64,000 bases of DNA from assembly GCA_040757355.1 (NCBI GenBank), contig JBFLWY010000012.1, forward strand, positions 204-64,203, read 5' to 3'. Position numbers and translations under genes: made by a program. The notes under the pieces were generated by a model. The model was not told where the DNA came from and ran no database searches. It saw only the letters and a list, made by a program, of their open reading frames with translations. Origin of the DNA: Bacillota bacterium (GTDB lineage: Bacteria; Bacillota; Desulfotomaculia; Desulfotomaculales; Ammonificaceae). This document shows positions 44,921 through 54,728 of this stretch, one piece after another; positions within the stretch are counted from its first letter, which is position 1; each line of letters opens with the position of its first letter.

Positions 44921-45673
44921 TTAGAGCATGCCGCAAAACCGGTGCACCTGAGGGATAACCCGCACGTCGCGGGCCACTTCGAGCGCCTTTGATTGAAGCC
45001 ACAGTAACTCGGCGGGTGTCGGCCGTCTTTCGGGTTCGCATGCCGTGACAGGCTGCAAAACCAGGAGCGCACCCGCCGCCTCGGCCATCTCGGCCGCGGA
45101 AACCACTTCGTGAACCGGCGTATCCTTAACTACCACCGCTTTTACAAAAACTTCCTTGTTGCGGGCCACTTGCAAAAACCTTCTGTGCTCCGCCCAAAGC
45201 GGGTGCATCCCTGTAACGCTGGGGAGTTTGACGTCCATTGCTATAACGTCCACCAGGTGAAGCACTTTTTCCAACGCGCCGGGGAGGGTACCGTTTGTTT
45301 CCAGGTATATCCCGCGGCGGGAGCCATCCAACAGCGGAACAAGTTCCTTAAGAAAATCCGGATAGAGCAACGGTTCACCCCCGGTCAAGCTTACTGCGTG
45401 ATAAGTGCCAAGGTCTATGCCGGCAATGAGTACCCCTACCTCTTCCGGTGTTAGGGGGTTTGGGATAGCCACAAAACTGCCGGTCCCCGGTTGCACTTCT
45501 ACCCTACAGCTCAGGGGTTCGCCCCGCGGAGTATCACAGTAGCGACAAGATAAGTTACAAGCCGAGAACCGGATAAACAGGTGTCTGCACCCGACGTACG
45601 GTCCTTCCCCCTGTATAGAAGAAAAAATTTCCCTTAAAGGAACCGGTGCTACGGTACCCCCCGCACCTTGCAA
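44921..45673 (-). CDS. queE: 7-carboxy-7-deazaguanine synthase (radical SAM)
   Basis: [13 protein letters not shown] plus the [10 protein letters not shown] (CxxxCxxC) cluster. 250 aa, TTG start. Confidence 0.9.
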   Translation of the reverse strand: MQGAGGTVAPVPLREIFSSIQGEGPYVGCRHLFIRFSACNLSCRYCDTPRGEPLSCRVEVQPGTGSFVAIPNPLTPEEVGVLIAGIDLGTYHAVSLTGGEPLLYPDFLKELVPLLDGSRRGIYLETNGTLPGALEKVLHLVDVIAMDVKLPSVTGMHPLWAEHRRFLQVARNKEVFVKAVVVKDTPVHEVVSAAEMAEAAGALLVLQPVTACEPERRPTPAELLWLQSKALEVARDVRVIPQVHRFCGML

Positions 45674-46215
45674 CGCGCCATCCTCATCTCTTCGATTTCT
45701 TTCGCGTAAGCGCCGAGGATTTCCCTTGCAATATTAAAGATCTCATTCTCGGGGAAACCGAGATCCAGGAGTCCTATCGCCGGAACCGGGGCGCCCTCGG
45801 CACTTAGATTGACCCCGAAGTGAATCTTAGTGGAAACGGGTGTAATAGTCGCTATTGAAACGGAAAGCTTGAACAATTCTTTATTTATTACCGTAAAAAG
45901 GTCGTCGCCGCACCGTGAAACATGGTATTTCAAGCCGCTTCTTCCAAGTATGTCCTTCACACTGGCTACCAGCAGGCGTTGCCTGAGGACCGTTTTTTCA
46001 AGGTCGTTGTCAAAGTGCTCGACGATAAAGTGGAGCATGTCTGGACTGAAAATGGATTTACCTGCTTTGAAGTCTTCTATATCCACAAGGTCCCCGTCTT
46101 TGACCAGGCATCCGCCCCTGAAAGCAACTATGCTGTCTCCCTGCACGCCAAATCGCTTATATCCCCATAAGGATGATAGCTGAGTGCCGTCATAATTCAA
46201 TTCGTGCTCATACAA
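45649..46215 (-). CDS. uncharacterised protein embedded in the preQ0 operon (DUF366/COG2029-like by recollection)
   Basis: 188-aa ORF between queC and queE, overlapping queE by 25 nt. No catalytic motif recognised. The only in-frame start is TTG 46215, which lies 19 nt from the AGGAGGAG RBS, so the start is uncertain. Confidence 0.65.
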   Translation of the reverse strand: MYEHELNYDGTQLSSLWGYKRFGVQGDSIVAFRGGCLVKDGDLVDIEDFKAGKSIFSPDMLHFIVEHFDNDLEKTVLRQRLLVASVKDILGRSGLKYHVSRCGDDLFTVINKELFKLSVSIATITPVSTKIHFGVNLSAEGAPVPAIGLLDLGFPENEIFNIAREILGAYAKEIEEMRMARCKVRGVP

Positions 46216-46358
46216 GAAAGTCTTCGTCGCCGCACTCCTCCTATCTCAATATTTTAGGATCATGCTTCGAAAATAGTACTTCTTTCGATGGGCGCAGCGA
46301 TGAGCTTCACCCTGCTTCGTCAGGCTCGCCAGCCGAATCCTCACGTATTTCCACATTT

Positions 46359-47045
46359 TCATTCCCGGTGGCGACGACTGGTTGTCGTTAATGACTCCTT
46401 CGCTGCGGCAAGCGCGCGCAGAAAACGGCGGCAGCTCTCGCAGCGACCGCAGATTTCCGACCCGCCCCGGTAACAGCTCCATACGAGTTCAAACGGCACC
46501 CCCAGGCGCTTCCCGAGCCTGACAATCCCGGTCTTGTCCAGATGTTGAGTGTAACTCACTACCCGTACACGGTTTAGGGTCGAATAACCGAGCGCCGCCG
46601 TCGCCGCCGTTACAAACCCCGCGCTGTTGTCCGGAAAGGTTGCCGCCTCCTCACGGTTGAAGCCGGTCACCACCGCATCAGCCCCAAGGTGTTCCGCAAA
46701 GGCCGCTGCAATGTTTATGAAGATACCGTTCCGGTTGGGAACCCATACCCGCAGAGCAGTTACAGCCGCCTGCGCGGGGTCGTCCAGCGCCGTTACCTCC
46801 GGCTCGGGCAAATCCGCCCCGGTTACCAGCGCAGTTGTCGTTATCTGCGCCAAGTAAGGAAGAGCGATTGCACGGTGCGGAACCCCGTAATGGCGTGCAA
46901 GGGCCGCAGCGGCACCTATCTCCCTCTCCGCCGCCTGCTGACCGTAGTCAAAGGTAAGACACAACACAACCTTTCCGTCACGGACACCGTGGGCAAGGCA
47001 GACCGCAGAATCAAGCCCCCCTGAAAGCAGGACCACACTCTTCAC
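46359..47045 (-). CDS. queC: 7-cyano-7-deazaguanine synthase
   Basis: MKSVVLLSGGLDS PP-loop and the C-terminal zinc cysteines (CYRGGSEICGRCESC). 228 aa. Confidence 0.95.
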   Translation of the reverse strand: MKSVVLLSGGLDSAVCLAHGVRDGKVVLCLTFDYGQQAAEREIGAAAALARHYGVPHRAIALPYLAQITTTALVTGADLPEPEVTALDDPAQAAVTALRVWVPNRNGIFINIAAAFAEHLGADAVVTGFNREEAATFPDNSAGFVTAATAALGYSTLNRVRVVSYTQHLDKTGIVRLGKRLGVPFELVWSCYRGGSEICGRCESCRRFLRALAAAKESLTTTSRRHRE

Positions 47046-47416
47046 GGCTTATATACCACCCAGGCGACCGGCGACTCTGCAACTCTGACCTCTTTCACAT
47101 GAACGCGGTCGCCGGCAGAAAAACGTTCCGCCACCGCCGAAAAAACATAGCGGGCGATGTTCTCCGCCGTTGGTCCTGTTCCCTTTTTGAAAAAAGGCAG
47201 TTCGTTAAGGTAACGGTGGTCCAACTCACCAACCACGTCCCGCACCGCTTCTTTTAAAACCTTGAAGTCGACCAGCATCCCGGCATCGTTCAACTGTTCT
47301 CCGGCCACTGTAACGGCAACCGTCCAGTTGTGCCCGTGCAGTCGGCTGCATGGAGAAGGATACCCTTCAAGGCAGTGGGCCGCCGCAAAAGAAGTCTCTA
47401 CCGTAAGCTCGAACAA
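47042..47416 (-). CDS. queD: 6-carboxy-5,6,7,8-tetrahydropterin synthase
   Basis: FAAAHCL...LHGHNW zinc/His motif. 124 aa. TTG start with a GGCGGAGGA RBS. An extended -10 TGTATAAT lies at 47454-47461 (minus strand). Confidence 0.92.
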   Translation of the reverse strand: MFELTVETSFAAAHCLEGYPSPCSRLHGHNWTVAVTVAGEQLNDAGMLVDFKVLKEAVRDVVGELDHRYLNELPFFKKGTGPTAENIARYVFSAVAERFSAGDRVHVKEVRVAESPVAWVVYKP

Positions 47417-47588
47417 ATTACCGTCCTCCGCCGAGCGGTTTTAATTGAATATTATTATACAAGAAACACTGGAGAAGTATAGGTGAATTAGCAGAGTTAG
47501 GCGGTACTATCGAGGTTTTCGGTGCGATTTAACAATCATGGTAACTATTCATCCTTCCTGTCGGGCACAGTAATAAACGGCGCATCTC

Positions 47589-47684
47589 GGAAGTCAGATG
47601 CAGGATGTCAGAGGTCAGACCTCGTAGAATTCGCTACGCGAATTCCTTTTTTAGACCTCCGACTTCCGGCTTCCGACCTCTGAA
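47589..47684. repeat. family-B intergenic hairpin element (GAATTCGC core)
   Basis: The core is GAATTCGC-TAC-GCGAATTC (47627-47645). The arms are GGAAGTCAGATGCAGGATGTCAGAGGTCAGACC and AGACCTCCGACTTCCGGCTTCCGACCTCTGAA. The arm differences are A.C on the plus strand and G.U on the minus-strand RNA. Confidence 0.8.
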
Positions 47685-47705
47685 TTAGTACGCTCCGGCC
47701 CGTCC

Positions 47706-47803
47706 CCCAGCACTCAAACTTGCCCTGGCAAAAAACAAGCGGTTTTCGCAACATTTAATGTTTCTACGCAATTGCTACTTTCCAAGCTGAATTGAGTGCT
47801 GGG
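47706..47803. repeat. family-A element (CCCAGCACTCAA ... TTGAGTGCTGGG)
   Basis: Perfect 12-nt inverted boxes at 47706-47717 and 47792-47803 with a 74-nt variable core. A solo degenerate box CCCAGCATTCAA lies at 47830-47841. Confidence 0.85.
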
Positions 47804-48126
47804 TTCCCCGCATTGCTTGTTTCTCGCCGCCCAGCATTCAACCTTATCGTTAACACTAACTCATAAGCAACTCCATTTTTCTGTCAGGCTGTAGCTTTAT
47901 AGACATACAGTCGATTTTGCATGCAGCACCTGGACGAACCTTATAAAGACAAAGAAAGGGCTGCCTAAAACAGGGTACTTCTTTCCAGGAATCCCTAGGG
48001 CGTAGCCGTTTCCGTACCTTGCAGCGCCAAGTAGTGATCAGTGCTATACTCGACCGGTAAGCCGGCGGTGCCGTAAATATTATTCTTGCACCGGTGTCAC
48101 GCTGCTTTTAGTTGTGTTTCCGGACG

Positions 48127-49824
48127 CTATTTCACTATTCTTGTGACGGTCCCGGCAACATCCTCTTCCATTACGAGCATGTTTTCCCCTGTGCGCCGGA
48201 TGTGAACCTCCACCAGCCCATCGGCCACGTGCCGTCCCGCCGTAATCCTGACCGGGTAGCCGATCAGGTCGGCATCCTTAAACTTAACCCCCGGCCGCTC
48301 GGCTCGGTCGTCAAGAACCGTTTCCAGCCCTGCTGATGTCAGTAAACTATAAATCCTGTCAGCCGCAGACGCCTGTGCCGGGTCCTGGGTATTAACGGGC
48401 AGGATTACGGCCTCGAAGGGAGCGATTGAGGCCGGCCAGATTATGCCGTCGGCGTCATGGTTTTGCTCAACCGCCGCCGCCATTGTCCGCGTGACTCCGA
48501 TGCCGCAAGTCCCCATAACCATCGGGCGTTTTTCCCCGTGCTCGTCAAGGTAGAACGCCTCCATCACTCTGCTGTACTTTTCGCCGAGCTTAAACACCTG
48601 ACCCACTTCGATCCCCCGGACGGCATCCAAAGGCGCCCCGCAGCGGGGGCATGGGTCGCCGGCCGTTACCAACCGTATGTCACTGACGTTGGATACAGAA
48701 AAATCCCTTCCGGGACAAACATTTACGAAATGTGCGTCTCCCTTATTCGCGCCGGCCACCGCAGTCTTGAGTGCAGCCACTTCCCTGTCCACCACAATCG
48801 GCAGCTCAAGACCTACCGGCCCCGCAAATCCGACCGGTGCTCCGGTTGCGCCCTCAACCGTCTCCCCGTCTGCAAGGTCCAGCTTTAGTACGCCGAGAGT
48901 GTTCTGGAGCTTTACCTCGTTTACTTCCCTGTCTCCCCTTACCAAAGCAGCGGCCAGCCCGCGCTCGGTATGATACAGAAGGGTCTTGATTAGACGTTTT
49001 GCCGGGACCCCGAGAAAACCGGTCACTTCCTCCACTGTCCGCATCCCGGGCGTCGCCACCAGTTCGAGCGGCCCTTCTTCCCCGCCAGGATCAGGTACGA
49101 ATAGGCTCTCCGCCTTCTCCGCATTTGCCGCATAGCCGCACTGTTCATCCGGGCAGTAAACCACCACCGCTTCACCGGAATCGGCCAGCACCATGAACTC
49201 ATGGCTCACACTGCCTCCGATCGCGCCGGTATCGGCTTCCACCGCCCGGAACTTCAGTTCCATCCTGGTGAAAACCCGGTTGTAAGCCTCATACATCTCC
49301 TGATATCTTACCGCCAAACCTTCTTCGTCCCGGTCAAAGGAATACAAATCCTTCATGATAAACTCCCGCCCGCGCAAGAGTCCAAAGCGGGGCCGGCGCT
49401 CGTCCCGGTATTTGTTTTGAATCTGGTAGAGCAAAAGAGGAAGTTGTTTATATGAGCGCACTTCTCCTGCAACCAGCGATGTCACCATCTCTTCGTGCGT
49501 CGGGCTCAAGCAGAACTCGCGGTCGTGCCTGTCCCGCAAACGGAAGAGCTCGGGCCCGTAAACGTCCCAGCGTCCCGAACGGTACCAGAGTTCCGCAGGT
49601 TGAATTATCGGCATCACGATCTCCTGGCCGCCTATCTTGTTCATCTCTTCCCGAATGATTCCTTTTATCTTCGAAAGCACCCGCTGCGCCAGCGGAAGAA
49701 ATGTATAGATCCCAGCCGCAACCTTACGCATGAACCCTGCCCGCAACAGCAACTGGTGACTTATAACCTCCGCTTCTGCAGGAACTTCCCGCAGTGTCGG
49801 AATCATGAGCTCAGAAATGCGCAA
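48127..49824 (-). CDS. proS: proline--tRNA ligase (bacterial type with editing insertion)
   Basis: 565 aa with class II motifs ([26 protein letters not shown]), the INS editing domain and a C-terminal anticodon-binding domain. Confidence 0.97.
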   Translation of the reverse strand: MRISELMIPTLREVPAEAEVISHQLLLRAGFMRKVAAGIYTFLPLAQRVLSKIKGIIREEMNKIGGQEIVMPIIQPAELWYRSGRWDVYGPELFRLRDRHDREFCLSPTHEEMVTSLVAGEVRSYKQLPLLLYQIQNKYRDERRPRFGLLRGREFIMKDLYSFDRDEEGLAVRYQEMYEAYNRVFTRMELKFRAVEADTGAIGGSVSHEFMVLADSGEAVVVYCPDEQCGYAANAEKAESLFVPDPGGEEGPLELVATPGMRTVEEVTGFLGVPAKRLIKTLLYHTERGLAAALVRGDREVNEVKLQNTLGVLKLDLADGETVEGATGAPVGFAGPVGLELPIVVDREVAALKTAVAGANKGDAHFVNVCPGRDFSVSNVSDIRLVTAGDPCPRCGAPLDAVRGIEVGQVFKLGEKYSRVMEAFYLDEHGEKRPMVMGTCGIGVTRTMAAAVEQNHDADGIIWPASIAPFEAVILPVNTQDPAQASAADRIYSLLTSAGLETVLDDRAERPGVKFKDADLIGYPVRITAGRHVADGLVEVHIRRTGENMLVMEEDVAGTVTRIVK

Positions 49825-49929
49825 TGCCCCAACCCCCTCGAAAACAGTTCTAAGTTCGCTCAGGCGGACTAAATTTAAGGTCAGTTCGAAGTTCTAAGTT
49901 GATCTTAAATTAATGGACCATCAGGGTCC

Positions 49930-49971
49930 GTTCAATGTGCAACGTGCAACGTGCAACGTTCAACGTTCTAC
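49930..49971. repeat. tandem heptad tract (GTKCAAC)x6
   Basis: GTTCAAT GTGCAAC GTGCAAC GTGCAAC GTTCAAC GTTCTAC, with period exactly 7. Confidence 0.85.
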
Positions 49972-50131
49972 TCCGAAAGTACCGGTTATTTGTTGCAACA
50001 CCGCGTATTCCGTTTAGGCTACTGGTTACTTTCATCCTTCATAACCACGCCTTTCGCTGCGCTCAGGCACAAAACGCTATGAAAATCCGTGTTCATCCGT
50101 GGTTTATTCCCTTTCTCCGTCTCCTGCTCCT

Positions 50132-50156
50132 AACGTAGAACATCGCACGTAGAACG
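50132..50156. repeat. inverted heptad tract (ACGTAGA-ACATCGC-ACGTAGA-ACG)
   Basis: It carries two GTAGAAC units, the reverse complement of the terminal GTTCTAC unit of the 49930-49971 tract. The two tracts bracket ~160 nt. Confidence 0.7.
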
Positions 50157-50323
50157 ATTTTCAGATTTTGTGGTGGCCCCATCTTTGTGGCGACATAAAC
50201 GACTAAGTAAAACGCCGAAGTACACGGATACGGTGTAACCGCAACAGACCATTTGCCGGTGACGCCACAGTTATGAGGGTCTCCAGACTGATGACTCCTG
50301 GCCGCTGGCTCCCGGCTCCTGAC

Positions 50324-51391
50324 TTATAGGCCTTCGATCCCCATCCGCTTTATCTCCTGAATCAATTCCTCCACTAACACTGCTTCCGGCACGGTACGCA
50401 CCGGCTCACCCTTACGAAAAAGCAACCCTACGCCCTTCCCGCCGGCAATCCCGACATCCGCTTCACGCGCCTCACCAGGGCCGTTTACCACGCACCCCAT
50501 AACCGCTACCTTTAGCGGCTCCGTTACTCCCTGAAGCCGCTCCTCCACTGTATTCGCTATCGTAATCAGATCGATCTCGCACCTGCCGCAGGTCGGGCAG
50601 GAGATAAATTCCACCCCGCGCCGCCGCAGCCCCAAAGTCTTCAATATCTCCCAGGCCGCCCACACCTCATAGCGGGGATCTGCCGTCAGCGAAACTCTTA
50701 TGGTGTCTCCGATCCCTTCCGCCAGCAGAACCCCGATACCTACCGCGGATTTTACTAAACCTCCCCGCAGGGTTCCTGCTTCGGTAACCCCTACGTGAAA
50801 GGGGTAGTCGACCACACGGGCAAGCTGCCGGTAAGCTTCCAGCATCAGCGGAACATCAGCCGCTTTTACCGACAGCTTTATGGCCCTGAAATCATGTTCC
50901 TCCAAAAGACGCACGTGGTCAAGTGCGCTTTCCACCATCGCTTCGGCAGTAACCCCGCCGTACTTCTCTAACAAGCGCCGTTCCAGGGAACCGGCATTTA
51001 CGCCGATGCGGATCGGCACACCACGGTCCTTGGCTTCCCGGACCACCAGCCGTACCTTGTCGCGGCCGCCGATATTGCCGGGATTCAGGCGCAGCCCGTC
51101 GACTCCGGCCGCCAGTGCCTCAAGTGCAAGGCGGTGGTCAAAGTGTACGTCCGCAATGAGAGGGACGGGGGATTCCGCTTTAAGCCGCTTGAGTGCAGCT
51201 GCGGCTTCGGCATCCGGAACCGCCACCCGGATCAACTCACAACCGTAACCTGCGAGGTCTCTTATCTGGGCAAGGGTTTTTGCTGCGTCACGGGTATCCG
51301 TGTTTGTCATCGACTGTATGACCACCGGCGCCCCGCCGCCGACCTTCACCCCGCCGATCTCAACCTGGCGTGATATTCGCCGTGAAAACAA
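50324..51391 (-). CDS. ispG: 4-hydroxy-3-methylbut-2-en-1-yl diphosphate synthase
   Basis: VVIQSMTNTDT, the TIM-barrel domain and the C-terminal 4Fe-4S Cys cluster (SCPTCGRC ... GCVVNGPGE). 355 aa. Confidence 0.95.
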   Translation of the reverse strand: MFSRRISRQVEIGGVKVGGGAPVVIQSMTNTDTRDAAKTLAQIRDLAGYGCELIRVAVPDAEAAAALKRLKAESPVPLIADVHFDHRLALEALAAGVDGLRLNPGNIGGRDKVRLVVREAKDRGVPIRIGVNAGSLERRLLEKYGGVTAEAMVESALDHVRLLEEHDFRAIKLSVKAADVPLMLEAYRQLARVVDYPFHVGVTEAGTLRGGLVKSAVGIGVLLAEGIGDTIRVSLTADPRYEVWAAWEILKTLGLRRRGVEFISCPTCGRCEIDLITIANTVEERLQGVTEPLKVAVMGCVVNGPGEAREADVGIAGGKGVGLLFRKGEPVRTVPEAVLVEELIQEIKRMGIEGL

Positions 51392-51402
51392 AATTCATCC
51401 CC

Positions 51403-52419
51403 CTATTCAACGCCAATGGCAAGCCGGATGATGTCGTGGTAGGTGACCACCACCATTAACAGAATTAACAGGGCAAAACCGAGGAGGTGGATGACGTTTT
51501 CCTTCTCCGGATCGACCGGGCGCCGCGTAACGCCCTCCCACAGGAGAAAACCTATTCGCGCACCGTCCAGGGCAGGTACCGGGAAAAGGTTGAACAGCCC
51601 CAGGTTGATGCTTAAAAACGCCGTAAGCTGGACCAGCGGAAACAACCCGAATTTGGCGGCACGCCCGATCTCCACCGCTACCCGGACCGGCCCGCCCACG
51701 TCAGCGGGTTCATCGCGGACAAACATCTTTGCAAGGAACTCTATAATGAGCTTTATTATCCTACCAGTGTATTCGACGCCGCCTATCGAGGATTTAAAAG
51801 GCCCGACCCGTTCCGGTTTCAACCCGATCTTGGCGCTCCCGTCTGCGTCCTTCCGGGGTACGATCGTTACGGTAAACTGACGGCCGTCCCGTTCCACCGT
51901 TAACACCTTTTCGTCAGGCCGGCTGCTCACAAAGTGCAAGATATCTTCCCAGTCGCGTACCCGCTGCCCGTCAATTGCCACGATCCGGTCTCCCGGTTTA
52001 ATGCCGTGGGTGGCAGCGGGGTATCCGGGCAATACTTCTCCGACCCTCGTTGTAGGCGGCGGCACTGCCTGAAAATAAATCAGCACTGCCAGAGCGACCG
52101 CTGCCAGCGCAAAATTCATGACCGGACCGGCCAAAATAACTGCCACCCTGTGTAATACCGGTTTGCGCGTAAAACTATACGGCTGGTCGCGTTCTTCATC
52201 CTTCGGGTCCATCCCCACAAGTCGCACAAACCCACCCAGCGGAAACATCCGCAGGTTGTACTCGGTCTTTCCCCTTGCGACCCCCCAAATGCGTGGTCCA
52301 AAACCGAGGCTGAATTCGTGTACGCCGATTCCGACCAAGCGAGCAACAATGAAGTGACCGAATTCGTGAATGAAGATGAGGAGCCCAAAAACCACGACCC
52401 CGGCAATAATGGCAACCAT
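51403..52419 (-). CDS. rseP: RIP zinc metalloprotease RseP/RasP (site-2 protease)
   Basis: HEFGHF (HExxH) in TM1, a single PDZ domain (GIKPGDRIVAIDGQRV) and the NLFPVPALDG motif. Confidence 0.9.
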   Translation of the reverse strand: MVAIIAGVVVFGLLIFIHEFGHFIVARLVGIGVHEFSLGFGPRIWGVARGKTEYNLRMFPLGGFVRLVGMDPKDEERDQPYSFTRKPVLHRVAVILAGPVMNFALAAVALAVLIYFQAVPPPTTRVGEVLPGYPAATHGIKPGDRIVAIDGQRVRDWEDILHFVSSRPDEKVLTVERDGRQFTVTIVPRKDADGSAKIGLKPERVGPFKSSIGGVEYTGRIIKLIIEFLAKMFVRDEPADVGGPVRVAVEIGRAAKFGLFPLVQLTAFLSINLGLFNLFPVPALDGARIGFLLWEGVTRRPVDPEKENVIHLLGFALLILLMVVVTYHDIIRLAIGVE

Positions 52420-52429
52420 CAGTACATTT

Positions 52430-53596
52430 TCAGCTCCTTAATGACAATGTATTAACAACCGCTTCCGCCTTGTTCCTCGCCCAGGCATCGGCAGTGATGA
52501 TAGTGTCCAAATCGGGCTTCTCTGCTACGAAATGAGACGCAGTGACCTTTTCGATAACGTCAGGTATTCCTGTAAACGGAATCCGTCCATCCAAGAACGC
52601 CGCTACCGCAACCTCGTTTGCCGCGTTCAGCACCGCCGGCATTGTCCCGCCGGTCCGCCCGGCCATAATTGCCAGTCCCAAGCAAGGGAAGCGCTCCATA
52701 TCGGGCTCTTCAAAGGTGAGTGAACCAACCCCGGCGAGGTCGAGCCGCGGCAGGGAGTTTGCCAACCTCTCGGGATAGCTTAAAGCATAGAGTATCGGCA
52801 GCCGCATATCAGTAATGCTCAAGCCTGCCAGAACGCTCCCGTCCGCAAACTCCACCATTCCGTGCACCACACTCTGAGGGTGCACCAGCACTCTAATGTT
52901 ATCATAGTCGACACCGAACAGCCAGTGGGCCTCGATAACCTCCAGTCCCTTATTCATCAGGGTGGCTGAATCGATCGTAATCTTCGGTCCCATCCGCCAG
53001 GTAGGATGATTTAATGCCGCGTCCGGGGTTACTCCGGCAAGAGCTTCGCGAGAGTACTTACGAAAAGGACCCCCTGATGCAGTAAGCACAACCCTCTGGA
53101 CGCCCGGGCGCCCGTCGAGACACTGCCAGATTGCCGAATGTTCGCTGTCCACCGGCAGGAGCCGCATCCCGTGCTTCTTCACCCGTTCAACCACGATCTC
53201 CCCTGCGGCAACAAGCGTTTCCTTATTTGCAAGGGCGATGTCCTTGCCTGCTTCAATCGCCGCCAGTGTCGGCCTCAACCCTGCAGCACCGGTCACTGCA
53301 GTAAGTACTGTATCCGCGCCCTCCATAGCAGCAAGGCGCTCCATCCCTTCCTGTCCCCAGAACACATCGGGGTTTACTCCCGGAGGCAAGGCTCCAACCA
53401 GCCGCCTGGCATCTTCTTCCTCCATAAGCGCTACGGCTCTGGGACGGAAGCGAACGGTCTGCTCCAGCAAAAGGCGCCAGTTCCTGCCCGCCGCCAGCCC
53501 GCACACCTTGAAGATCTCCGGGAACTCTTCCACAACCTGCAGCGCTTGGCGGCCGATAGACCCGGTACTTCCCAAGATTACTATTTCTCGCGCCAA
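52430..53596 (-). CDS. dxr: 1-deoxy-D-xylulose 5-phosphate reductoisomerase
   Basis: ILGSTGSIG, LANKE, PVDSEHSA and NAANE motifs. 388 aa. Confidence 0.97.
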   Translation of the reverse strand: MAREIVILGSTGSIGRQALQVVEEFPEIFKVCGLAAGRNWRLLLEQTVRFRPRAVALMEEEDARRLVGALPPGVNPDVFWGQEGMERLAAMEGADTVLTAVTGAAGLRPTLAAIEAGKDIALANKETLVAAGEIVVERVKKHGMRLLPVDSEHSAIWQCLDGRPGVQRVVLTASGGPFRKYSREALAGVTPDAALNHPTWRMGPKITIDSATLMNKGLEVIEAHWLFGVDYDNIRVLVHPQSVVHGMVEFADGSVLAGLSITDMRLPILYALSYPERLANSLPRLDLAGVGSLTFEEPDMERFPCLGLAIMAGRTGGTMPAVLNAANEVAVAAFLDGRIPFTGIPDVIEKVTASHFVAEKPDLDTIITADAWARNKAEAVVNTLSLRS

Positions 53597-53617
53597 CTAA
53601 CCCATCCCCTTATTTAT

Positions 53618-54694
53618 TCAAGGCATCGCTTTCTTCTTTGATGTAAGCCCGGCCTTATAAGCTGCCTGAATCAGTATCACCATTATCGGGCCTAAAACCA
53701 AACCGGTGACCCCGAGCAGTTTCAGCCCGGTATACATCCCGAATAAAACCGCCAGCGGATGGACCCCGAGGCTGTAAGCAACTATACGGGCTTCGAAAAG
53801 CTGCCTGATTCCAAAAACCACGCCGTAAAGGATAAGAAGCTTCCACGCCAGGGATTTGGCCCCGGTGAAAAAGGCCAGTATCACCCAGGGAATGAAAATG
53901 GTACTTGGTCCCAGTACCGGGATGAGATCAAAGAAACCTATCACCAAACCTATCGTCAGTGCATACTTGACCTTTAAAATGTAGAGTCCTGCTATAGAGA
54001 GCACCGTGGTTATGGTTACCAGAATGGATTGGGCCTTAAGGTAAGCCAGAAAGGCGGTAAAGGCCTCTTTTCCCATAAAGACCATTTGCTCCCCCAGCGG
54101 CGCCGGCACCGCCCGGACCCAGAACTTCCCTAAAGCCGCTCTATCGCGGCTGAAAAAGTAAGTTGCTAAAAGGCTCACTACCAAGACCAATGCCGCATTC
54201 GGAAGCGAACCCAAAAACCCCAGGAGCGAGTTGATAAAGACCCCCAGCGAACTGCGCGCGCTGCGCGCAACCGCATCAATCGCGTCTTCAAGATAACTTA
54301 TCGCCTCAGGCGGCAGGGTACCGTAACTCTCCCTCACCTTTTCGATTAGCCCCGTTAGAATTTGTTGGGACTCGTTGATGTACCCGGGTAAGCGGGCCGA
54401 AATGTCACCGAGCTCGGCGACTAAATGGGCTATCAGCAGCGTGGCCAAAAGCCCCGCGCCGGCAAAGAAAACGAACATCGAGAGCATAACCGCGAAGCCG
54501 CGCGGCAACCTCCGGCTCAGCAGCCTGATCAAGGGTTCCATCATAAAGGCAAACAGAACCGCGATAATGAAAGGTAAAAGCGGCGCAAAAGCGTAACGTA
54601 GAATCAGCAAGACTAACACAATCAAAAAAGAAACGGCTAAGATCCCTGCCGTTACATAAAGCAACCGGCGAAGCCATTCCGGCATACCATTCAC
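53618..54694 (-). CDS. AI-2E family transporter (YtvI-like sporulation membrane protein)
   Basis: 358 aa with ~8 TM segments and the conserved LIPVLGP / VLGPIMV patterns of the PerM/AI-2E family. Confidence 0.85.
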   Translation of the reverse strand: MNGMPEWLRRLLYVTAGILAVSFLIVLVLLILRYAFAPLLPFIIAVLFAFMMEPLIRLLSRRLPRGFAVMLSMFVFFAGAGLLATLLIAHLVAELGDISARLPGYINESQQILTGLIEKVRESYGTLPPEAISYLEDAIDAVARSARSSLGVFINSLLGFLGSLPNAALVLVVSLLATYFFSRDRAALGKFWVRAVPAPLGEQMVFMGKEAFTAFLAYLKAQSILVTITTVLSIAGLYILKVKYALTIGLVIGFFDLIPVLGPSTIFIPWVILAFFTGAKSLAWKLLILYGVVFGIRQLFEARIVAYSLGVHPLAVLFGMYTGLKLLGVTGLVLGPIMVILIQAAYKAGLTSKKKAMP

Positions 54695-54728
54695 CTCCTA
54701 CGGGGACCGCTGCAAAACCTCGCCTGCT

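Noticed and set aside
44850-45041. 5' extension of the folE ORF (255-aa version)
   Set aside because: It overlaps the 3' end of queE in another frame and has Arg/Thr-rich non-coding character. GTG 44849 with AAGGGGGA gives a normal ~190-aa FolE.
47417-47500. preQ1 riboswitch upstream of queD
   Set aside because: The leader after the TGTATAAT -10 is only ~30 nt (a CCGC-UCG-GCGG hairpin plus the RBS). It lacks the preQ1-I C-rich loop and A-rich tail consensus.
49930-49971. CRISPR array or other spacer-repeat locus
   Set aside because: The units are contiguous 7-nt repeats with no spacers. Family-A elements are inverted (not direct) repeats scattered singly, and no cas genes are in the window.
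49825-50323. T-box leader upstream of proS
   Set aside because: I searched both strands by eye for the T-box core (GGUGGUACCGCG-like) and a specifier-loop arrangement. Neither is present, and repeats explain the spacer.
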